Shown one piece after another: positions 57,193 through 64,000 of a DNA stretch of 64,000 nucleotides. The stretch is from assembly GCA_045634965.1 (NCBI GenBank), contig JAZRBH010000006.1, positions 128,886 to 192,885 on the forward strand, in the 5' to 3' direction. Numbering within the stretch: the stretch's first letter is position 1; each line of letters opens with the position of its first letter. The stretch comes from Paraprevotella sp. (GTDB lineage Bacteria > Bacteroidota > Bacteroidia > Bacteroidales > Bacteroidaceae). A program made the translations under genes and the position numbers. The notes beneath the pieces are model-generated. The model saw only the letters and a program-made list of their open reading frames with translations. It did not search any database and was not told the origin of the DNA.

Positions 57193-58419
57193 ATGAACTG
57201 TATAAATAAGTTTATAAGCATCTCTTTCATGACATTGACAATAATATCATGTGGTGGAGAGCAAAGTAAGGGTACTAAGTTTGCTCCTGAGGAGCGCCAG
57301 TCGTCAATGACAGAAAGCGAACGAGAGAATGCCATCGCTCAAAAGAAATCCGAACTTGAAGGCATCAATATCGACACGTTGCTTTATGGTCATGGAGTAA
57401 AGTTCAGCATCGTGCAACCTTATCTACAAGGCGAGGATATAACTCAGGATATTAGCGATAGGGTTGCCATGAAACTCCTTCAAATCGCAAGCCAGAACGG
57501 CATCAGCGGGTTGGGCACCGAACCGACATTTGTGTTTGGTACGGAAATCATGCAGACAGGCAGAAGTGCAACGGGTACTGCTCCGCAAAAGATGACTGTT
57601 CAATACGAACTCACATTCAAGGTCATGAACACACTGACGGGCGATGTCTATGCCACTGCAACTCAAGAGGTGGCTGGCGTTGGACGCAGTTTTGTAGAAG
57701 CCAATCAAAATTTCGTTAAGGAGATAAAGAATACATCAGAAGTTCAAAAGATGCTTCAAACGGCAAGCAGCCGCATCATAGATTGGTATAACAGCAATAT
57801 TCAAACCATAAAGAACCAGATAGAATCGGCTGCTACAAAAGGTGAATATGAGCTTGCACTGGCACTTGCCTCAAGTGTTCCTCAGCAGGCAGCAGAAGCC
57901 TACAAGTATGCTCAAGGAAGAATTGATGAACTCACCAAAGGGCTGATGCACAAGAGAGCGACTGATATTCTCAACGAGATGACTTCAGCAATTTCTTCTG
58001 CCCATGACGAATTTGAACCGACTATCGGTGCATATTTCAAGATGATTCCTACCGATGCGCCAGAACACGCAAAAGCACAAAAACTCTACGAAAGCTATAT
58101 TAGCAAGTGCAATGCCCGTCGCAAGCAGTTGGAAGACAAGGCTGAACGAGATGAAAATGCCGCTCGTGAACTTGAAAGATTGAACATGAAATATAGTCAC
58201 GAAACTGAACTTGCAGAACTTGAAACCCGAAAAGTGACTGCAAAATACACTTGTGATGAAGCAGCCCGTAAGGCAGAATCTGATGCAAGGGTTGCTATTG
58301 CACAAGCTAAGGCTGATGCCAAAGTTCAAGGCAAACGTAATAGTTTCTTCGGTAGCATCGGTTATGCTATTTCCGGTACTGCAGACCGTGTGTTTAAGGC
58401 GATTGATAAGAATATGTAA
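57193..58419 (+). CDS. Lipoprotein, CsgG/TolB_N-like domain + TPR-like helices + coiled coil
   Basis: Lipobox IISC20; KLLQIASQNG, GVGRS, RIIDWY, GEYELALALASSVP; resembles the usual partner of DUF6175 genes. Confidence 0.6.
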   Translation: MNCINKFISISFMTLTIISCGGEQSKGTKFAPEERQSSMTESERENAIAQKKSELEGINIDTLLYGHGVKFSIVQPYLQGEDITQDISDRVAMKLLQIASQNGISGLGTEPTFVFGTEIMQTGRSATGTAPQKMTVQYELTFKVMNTLTGDVYATATQEVAGVGRSFVEANQNFVKEIKNTSEVQKMLQTASSRIIDWYNSNIQTIKNQIESAATKGEYELALALASSVPQQAAEAYKYAQGRIDELTKGLMHKRATDILNEMTSAISSAHDEFEPTIGAYFKMIPTDAPEHAKAQKLYESYISKCNARRKQLEDKAERDENAARELERLNMKYSHETELAELETRKVTAKYTCDEAARKAESDARVAIAQAKADAKVQGKRNSFFGSIGYAISGTADRVFKAIDKNM

Positions 58420-58442
58420 TATTAACTCTTAAAATGTTTTAT

Positions 58443-59153
58443 ATGAAAAAAATTTTGATTTTAGTATTATTATGCGTTGGTATTTATTGGTGCTTCGAAT
58501 CATGCATAGGATGTGAAAGTGGAGATTCTAGTGTTGGTGATTCAGGTAAACTCGTTGAAAATAAAATAGCCAAAAAGTATTATTCTGATTACCAAGAGGC
58601 TTGCAAAGATGGTGCTTTTGAAGATGCACATAAAAAGTTAGAAAGTGAGCACGAAAAGGTACATTACTCTCTTTCCAGTTCTTATTACCTTAAAGGAGTA
58701 AGGGAGTATTTTAGTGCATTGGAGTATATCTATAAAGCAGAGATACAATATATTGTAACAAACTTGGACGATGAAGCTTGCAAAAACAAAATCACCTTTT
58801 TACTTGCTGAAATACCTATAGATGGTCAAAAGCCTGACGAATCTTTTAAAGCATATAGTAGACCTTTTGAAGAGGAACACGATGAAAGATTTAGAGACTA
58901 CGATTATTATAAACCTATTAAAGTGTATGGATATTATGTAACCTCGTATAATAAATTACTCGACTATACTCTAACATTGGCTATTAATAGAAAGCATAAA
59001 AAACTTGCTAAAAGCATACTCTTTCTGTATATTGACGATCTTAATTTTGTAGAAGGAGCAGATTCATATTATAAAGCAGTATATAGTAAATCAAGCTATA
59101 ACGCAGCGAAGAAAAAATACGATCAAGCTGTAAGTATGCAATTATTTGAATAG
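58443..59153 (+). CDS. Hypothetical exported or membrane-anchored helical protein
   Basis: MKKILILVLLC signal-like N-terminus; AT-rich ORF. Confidence 0.7.
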   Translation: MKKILILVLLCVGIYWCFESCIGCESGDSSVGDSGKLVENKIAKKYYSDYQEACKDGAFEDAHKKLESEHEKVHYSLSSSYYLKGVREYFSALEYIYKAEIQYIVTNLDDEACKNKITFLLAEIPIDGQKPDESFKAYSRPFEEEHDERFRDYDYYKPIKVYGYYVTSYNKLLDYTLTLAINRKHKKLAKSILFLYIDDLNFVEGADSYYKAVYSKSSYNAAKKKYDQAVSMQLFE

Positions 59154-59190
59154 AGCCACTATTGCAGAACATTTCTAAATCCATCTAAAA

Positions 59191-59667
59191 ATGAAAAAAG
59201 TCATAAAAATACTACCAGATAGCACCGCTCAGAATAATACGTTAAGTAATGGTGAGCTACGTTATATCGGAATCAACCAAGCATCAGATGTAGATGGCGA
59301 CGTATTAATGACAAATGCTTGTTACTCTGAAATTTTTGGCATCCATAAAAAATCAGCGAAAAATTCAGATAAGCGGTTGTCTATTGTAAAAATATCTGCA
59401 AACGGGAAATCTATACATCGTTCCTACAGAGGAATCACAGCTAAGGGTTTTGATAAAAATTTTGTTGCATTATCTCCAAATTCCATCATGCTATTACATG
59501 ACAGCGAAGGGAATCAACCGCAAAAGGTGAAAGTGTCAAAGGGTTGTTTTGCTCCTTTCTATTGGTGCCATCCAGATAAGTCTGTTCGCATAAGCGTAAG
59601 GATGGGGCTACTTAGTTTGGTGTTGGGATTAATCTCTCTTATAGTTTCAATAATGAGTCTGTTTTGA
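59191..59667 (+). CDS. Hypothetical protein with a C-terminal TM anchor
   Basis: 158-aa ORF ending GLLSLVLGLISLIVSIMSLF. Confidence 0.7.
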   Translation: MKKVIKILPDSTAQNNTLSNGELRYIGINQASDVDGDVLMTNACYSEIFGIHKKSAKNSDKRLSIVKISANGKSIHRSYRGITAKGFDKNFVALSPNSIMLLHDSEGNQPQKVKVSKGCFAPFYWCHPDKSVRISVRMGLLSLVLGLISLIVSIMSLF

Positions 59668-59708
59668 GAGTCTGCAAATAGGCTAAAGCAACCACTATGC
59701 TGTAATTT

Positions 59709-59789
59709 ATTAAGTCCAAATCGGTCGTTTGAAGGATAAATATCGTGGAACCACGAATATAAGATTTTAATGATTGATTTGGACTTAAT
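59709..59789 (+). other. 81-nt nested hairpin
   Basis: Perfect 14-bp arms attaagtccaaatc / gatttggacttaat around an inner cgtgg-aa-ccacg hairpin. Confidence 0.7.
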
Positions 59790-59832
59790 TTGAAAATACA
59801 CCAAATTGGATGGATAAATGACTATGAACATA

Positions 59833-60005
59833 AATAAAAAAAAGTTGCTCCAAAAAATGAATTTTTCGCCTTTTGTGACTATATTATATAGGTATTTTAA
59901 AAACGGGAAGTATGAAAAAACTGTTTTTTGACATGGATGGTGTGCTGGTCGATTTTCAAAGCGGTATCGACAAGCTGAGTGATGACACAAAGCAAGAGTA
60001 TGAGG
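59833..60005 (+). repeat. Repeat B copy 2
   Basis: Matches 55800-55968. Confidence 0.95.
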
Positions 60006-60376
60006 GCAGACTCGACGAGGTACCTGGTATCTTCTCGCTTATGGAACCTATGCCAGGAGCTATAGAGGCAGTACACGAGTTGAGCAAGCACTACGACGTG
60101 TATATCCTTTCTACCGCCCCGTGGAAGAATCCTTCGGCATGGAGCGACAAAATCAATTGGATAACCAAGCACTTTGGCGACATATTCAAGAAACGTGTTA
60201 TCCTGACACATTGCAAGCATCTCGTCAATGGAGATTACTTGGTTGACGATAGGGCAAAGAACGGTGCGAGCGAGTTCCCCGGCGAATGGATTCAGTTTAG
60301 TTCGAAACGTTACCCCGATTGGGAGGAGGTGACCCGCTACCTCATCAGCGAGGCTGATAATAATCTGCAGAGATGA
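59912..60376 (+). CDS. 5'(3')-deoxyribonucleotidase, NT5C type (HAD)
   Basis: FDMDGVLVDF motif I, ILSTAPW, K..WI..HF, GDYLVDDR. Confidence 0.9.
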   Translation: MKKLFFDMDGVLVDFQSGIDKLSDDTKQEYEGRLDEVPGIFSLMEPMPGAIEAVHELSKHYDVYILSTAPWKNPSAWSDKINWITKHFGDIFKKRVILTHCKHLVNGDYLVDDRAKNGASEFPGEWIQFSSKRYPDWEEVTRYLISEADNNLQR

Positions 60377-60430
60377 GACTTTCGTCACAAATAAAATCTA
60401 CATATTCTGAATAACATTACAAGATAAACA

Positions 60431-60712
60431 ATGAAGGGTACATGCAGTACAGATGTTGAAGATTTTTGTCGCGACAGAGGTTTTCTGTTTCACAAGAACG
60501 GGAGCGGAACATGGGGAGCAGACCGTTATTGGACCTACTACAAGGTGGTGAATAACAACCGTCAATTATACAGTATAGAATATTTCCCCGTTCGTAATCA
60601 TGTAAAGATTAGGTGCGAAAATAATAGTTATAGCGGCACCCTTGAATCGTTAGTTCATTTCGTGGAACTATTGAAAGTCATGCGAATTGATTTGGATAAC
60701 AATATACAATAA
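60431..60712 (+). CDS. Hypothetical protein
   Basis: 93-aa ORF with an A-rich leader, co-oriented with its neighbours. Confidence 0.6.
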   Translation: MKGTCSTDVEDFCRDRGFLFHKNGSGTWGADRYWTYYKVVNNNRQLYSIEYFPVRNHVKIRCENNSYSGTLESLVHFVELLKVMRIDLDNNIQ

Positions 60713-60729
60713 CTCTTAATACAAACAAT

Positions 60730-60990
60730 ATGACATTTAAAGAAGCAAAACTACCTAAGAGTGTTTACCTTATATTTGACAATGACGAAGAAATATATGA
60801 AGGTATTCTGATAGAGATTGTAGATATCAACGAAGCAGAGGATCAATGTGTGCTTCTTGTTGACGACCTGATGCCTCAAACAGCAAAGTTGGAAGTCCCA
60901 TATACGGCTTTGAACGAATCTGTCATGCACATGGCCGGCGTACATCTTTTCGTTGACAAGGAGGCAGCAGAAGAGCATTTGAGCAAGTAA
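60730..60990 (+). CDS. Hypothetical acidic SH3/Tudor-like protein
   Basis: 86 aa, short beta-strands, ends LFVDKEAAEEHL. Confidence 0.55.
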   Translation: MTFKEAKLPKSVYLIFDNDEEIYEGILIEIVDINEAEDQCVLLVDDLMPQTAKLEVPYTALNESVMHMAGVHLFVDKEAAEEHLSK

Positions 60991-61056
60991 TCACAAGGGG
61001 CGCTGTCAGGAACTACGAGTTGACTCACTCCATCAAATTTACTTTACCATATTGAA

Positions 61057-61452
61057 ATGAGTGTCCCATTCATTAAGAATTATACAAGGAATTTCTTTAT
61101 GGACCGTATTAAAAACAAAGAACTGCAAGTTGGCGATACGGTCTATTATCTCGCACCCTCCTCGTCCTACTCCATCAAGAAGTCTGTCATCACCGAGAAA
61201 AGAGAGAATCAGTCCAAAGGACGTTTTCATCTTTTCAAAGGATGTGAGTTGACATTGGCAGATGGTACCACCATTGAGTACGACAAGGTGTTTGACTCTA
61301 AGGAACAGGTATTGGCATATATTGTGGATGATTTACAAACCTCCGTTGCAAGCAAGCGTATTGGTTTACAAACTCTTCAAAAAGAATTGGCTGTATGTGA
61401 ACGACTGCTGAAGATGTACAAGGATGCTTTACAAAAAAACAGTGTGCGCTAA
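61057..61452 (+). CDS. Hypothetical SH3/KOW-like + coiled-coil protein
   Basis: LQVGDTVYYL, VFDSKEQVLAYI; stop overlaps the convergent stop at 61449-61451; the true start may be MDRIK. Confidence 0.6.
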   Translation: MSVPFIKNYTRNFFMDRIKNKELQVGDTVYYLAPSSSYSIKKSVITEKRENQSKGRFHLFKGCELTLADGTTIEYDKVFDSKEQVLAYIVDDLQTSVASKRIGLQTLQKELAVCERLLKMYKDALQKNSVR

Positions 61453-62453
61453 ACTGCTGTCGACCTTGAATTCCCTATCTTGATTAAAATCAAGCCAATG
61501 GCAATCCACACCAACTCGCGGACACGTATCAACAAACTGGCATACACGCCATAAGCTCCGGACAAAGATAACCCACCGACTGCCAAAGCAAAACCGCCTT
61601 CACGAGCCCCCATGCTCATGGGAACAAAAAAGAAAATATTGGAAAACAAGGAGGTGAAGGCTTGCAACAACACGCAATCCCAATACGACACATGGTCTGT
61701 GAGTATCATCAGGATGAATTGTATCTCAAGACAACCTGCCATTCGCACCGCAAATTCAATGAACAGCGATAAATAGAAGGTTGTTTTACGTTGCGCATGC
61801 AATGCCGCTATCTGCTCATCAACCTTACGAATGGACGCTTCTTTGCTACTGATGAAACCTTTCAGTTTGGACCGCAGACCGGGAAGGTGAGAAAGGATGC
61901 GCAGGGCTTTCATCGCCAAACCATTCTTATATCCTTTCATAAAGAAATATATGCCGAAAGAGCAAAAAGCAACGCACAACGCCATGAAGACCGTCATACC
62001 GACTGACATCGTACTACCATACAATAACAAGTAGAGCAATACCGAAAAAGACCAGAAACAAAAATGGGAAAAGATGTGCATCATGGCAAACAAGATGACA
62101 CTGGAGGTGGCTTTCGCAGCACCTACATAAGGTGTCAGTTCCATGATGCGATAGGGTTCACCACCCAACAGTCCTACCGGTGTCACGTAGTTCAATGCGA
62201 AACCGCTGATGGTATATTTATACACCTTTAGGAATGGTACCTTAGGAGCAGAACCGTCATTGATGATGACGGACCACGACCACGCGTTGCCCCAATACAG
62301 AAATATCCATAGCGCAAGGACTGCCGGAAACCAATAACCTGCACGACGGATATTCTCCCATAACTCGGTATATGACATATCGGATGTGCAAAGCATGATG
62401 ACAATCGCCACCACGCCTACACATAAAAATATATTACGATACAGAGGCTTCAT
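61449..62453 (-). CDS. Lysylphosphatidylglycerol synthase TM-region (flippase-like) protein
   Basis: ALNYVTPVGLLGGEPYR, FFVPMSMGAREGG, LIRVRELVW; multi-TM. Confidence 0.85.
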   Translation of the reverse strand: MKPLYRNIFLCVGVVAIVIMLCTSDMSYTELWENIRRAGYWFPAVLALWIFLYWGNAWSWSVIINDGSAPKVPFLKVYKYTISGFALNYVTPVGLLGGEPYRIMELTPYVGAAKATSSVILFAMMHIFSHFCFWSFSVLLYLLLYGSTMSVGMTVFMALCVAFCSFGIYFFMKGYKNGLAMKALRILSHLPGLRSKLKGFISSKEASIRKVDEQIAALHAQRKTTFYLSLFIEFAVRMAGCLEIQFILMILTDHVSYWDCVLLQAFTSLFSNIFFFVPMSMGAREGGFALAVGGLSLSGAYGVYASLLIRVRELVWIAIGLILIKIGNSRSTAV

Positions 62454-63545
62454 TTATTCTTCCACCGCATTCAGCCTCAACTTATCACTATCATCTCGAC
62501 GATCGTGATAATACTTCTTCAATGGGTTAGCATGAGCCTCATCATAATTTTTACGATTGCGATAGATATCTATTGCAGCATAAATGGCTTGACGCATAGA
62601 TGCTTCATCAGCCAGTCCTTGTCCGGCGATATCATAAGCAGTTCCATGATCGGGCGAAGTACGTACGATAGGTAATCCGGCTGTAAAATTGACACCCTCA
62701 GTCATTGCCAATGTTTTAAATGGGGCTAATCCTTGATCGTGATACATTGCAAGGACACCATCAAAATGCTCATACATTTTATTGCCAAAGAAACCATCGG
62801 CTGCATAAGGTCCAAAACATAAAATGCCCTCGTTTTCCAACTCTTGCATGGCAGGGATAATCACTTCCTTCTCCTCACCACCTAAGAGACCGTCGTCTCC
62901 GGCGTGTGGATTCAATGCCAACACGGCAATTCGAGGTTTGGTGACACTGAAATCTCTTCTTAACGTTTCGTAGAAGATACGAGCCTTTCTCATCACAGCC
63001 TCTTGTGTAATAGCAGAAGCAACGTCGCGTATTGGCAGATGAGTGGTTACAAGTGCCACGCGCATCACATCGTTCATCAATATCATCAGTGCTTCTTGAT
63101 TCTCTCCTACACGCTCCTGAATATATTCTGTATGTCCGGGGAATTTGAATGACTCACATTGGATAGCTGACTTGTTGATGGGTGCAGTCACCAACACGTC
63201 AAAGAGACCGGCTTTATAATCCTCCATGGCTCTCTCCAATGCTTTCAAAGCACATTTTCCACTTTCTTCTGTGGGTTGTCCGAAATCGATCTTCACTTCA
63301 TCCACGATACAATCCACCAGATTCAGACGTCCATCCACAGCCTCTTCAGCCTTCTGTATCGTCACAAAGTTTGTGGTCAGTTCCATAGCCTTGCGATGAT
63401 AGGTGGCCACCTTCGGCGAACCATAAACAATAGGGATGCACAAATCCAACATCGTCGGCTCACTGAAAAGTTTCAAGATGATTTCATATCCTACCCCATT
63501 GATATCTCCTTGCGTAATCGCTACGCATATTTTGCCATTTTTCAT
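62454..63545 (-). CDS. pdxA: 4-hydroxythreonine-4-phosphate dehydrogenase
   Basis: ITQGDINGVGYE, TAPINK, GHTEY, NPHAGD, MYHDQG, RTSPDHGTAYDIAG. Confidence 0.96.
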   Translation of the reverse strand: MKNGKICVAITQGDINGVGYEIILKLFSEPTMLDLCIPIVYGSPKVATYHRKAMELTTNFVTIQKAEEAVDGRLNLVDCIVDEVKIDFGQPTEESGKCALKALERAMEDYKAGLFDVLVTAPINKSAIQCESFKFPGHTEYIQERVGENQEALMILMNDVMRVALVTTHLPIRDVASAITQEAVMRKARIFYETLRRDFSVTKPRIAVLALNPHAGDDGLLGGEEKEVIIPAMQELENEGILCFGPYAADGFFGNKMYEHFDGVLAMYHDQGLAPFKTLAMTEGVNFTAGLPIVRTSPDHGTAYDIAGQGLADEASMRQAIYAAIDIYRNRKNYDEAHANPLKKYYHDRRDDSDKLRLNAVEE

Positions 63546-63560
63546 AACTATATCTTAGAT

Positions 63561-64000
63561 TTATTGTTCTTTTTTCATCACCACTTCCACCTCCGGAATA
63601 TTGGCTTTCAATTCTTTGACTGTTTCGCCGGGAAGACACAACGTATAGAGCGAACCTTCGAGACGACGAATCAATCCCCGCTTCATTTTTTCGGGTGCAT
63701 AGACGAATCCCTCCACAACAACTACACGATTATTCTCGGTATCTACACGCGAATGACTGACAAACGGACCACCCATGCCATCACGCTCCATCACCCATAA
63801 GCCACGCATCTCCAAGGCATACTGTCCTTTAATGACGATCGGTTCGATGGTGGTGCACTTTTCATCCGTAGCCATATACATATAGGGTTTTGCACCGGGA
63901 ATGTTTTCTTTCATCACCGAATCTCTCTTGGCAATCACATATTCCTTATTGAATGTTTCCGGTCCTTCATAAGGATAAGAATACATACAGATGTTCACCA
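63561..64000 (-). CDS. DUF4837 family protein, 5'-truncated by the window edge
   Basis: CMYSYPY, RGLW..MGGPFVSH, VEGFVYAPEKMKR. Confidence 0.82.
   Translation of the reverse strand, partial: VNICMYSYPYEGPETFNKEYVIAKRDSVMKENIPGAKPYMYMATDEKCTTIEPIVIKGQYALEMRGLWVMERDGMGGPFVSHSRVDTENNRVVVVEGFVYAPEKMKRGLIRRLEGSLYTLCLPGETVKELKANIPEVEVVMKKEQ

Larger units (their letters stand above)
53600..61452 (+). mobile_element. AT-rich accessory island with internal direct repeats and no integrase
   Basis: Plus-strand small and hypothetical ORFs between the minus-strand core genes; visibly AT-rich left part; repeats A and B. Confidence 0.65.

Noticed and set aside
53600-61452. Prophage or ICE
   Set aside because: No integrase, terminase, capsid, relaxase or tra genes, and no att duplication seen.
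1-64000. tRNA, rRNA and riboswitches
   Set aside because: No cloverleaf, rRNA-like or known riboswitch consensus recognised in the intergenic regions; a covariance-model scan would be needed to exclude them fully.

Overview
Chromosomal window from a Bacteroidales bacterium: TAnnTTTG -7 promoter boxes, Bacteroides/Prevotella-like gene order and T9SS-type C-terminal domains. Most of it is core genome (U32 peptidase, cysE, THUMP methylase, DPP IV, purD, znuAC-like, DUF2723, queG, dprA, dapB-lepB-wbqC, DEAD helicase, uvrA, secG-lptE-bEBP, pdxA). Four parts deserve attention. (1) An AT-rich, integrase-less island of about 7.8 kb (53.6-61.45 kb) is built from two tandem units, [104-bp promoter repeat A]-[different cargo genes]-[repeat B + NT5C nucleotidase]. 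The first NT5C copy is a truncated, synonymously diverged allele fused directly to repeat A. (2) An iron/redox divergon (22.8-30.9 kb) encodes an OprB porin, a FeoA-FeoB fusion with Cys/His-rich inserts, CcsA, a tandem Rid protein and a hemerythrin-LuxR regulator. Its promoter carries two 80-bp palindromic elements, each bounded by the -7 box. (3) A SusCD-less pectin cluster (GH2, PL11 with beta-helix repeats and T9SS CTD, and an unclassified clan GH-A enzyme). (4) GC skew appears to switch from G-rich to C-rich at about 46 kb, which suggests the replication terminus or an inversion breakpoint; a 22-bp tandem repeat and a 34-bp palindrome lie in that gap. I saw no rRNA, tRNA, CRISPR array, transposase or integrase. 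All family assignments come from recognising motifs by eye, not from database searches.
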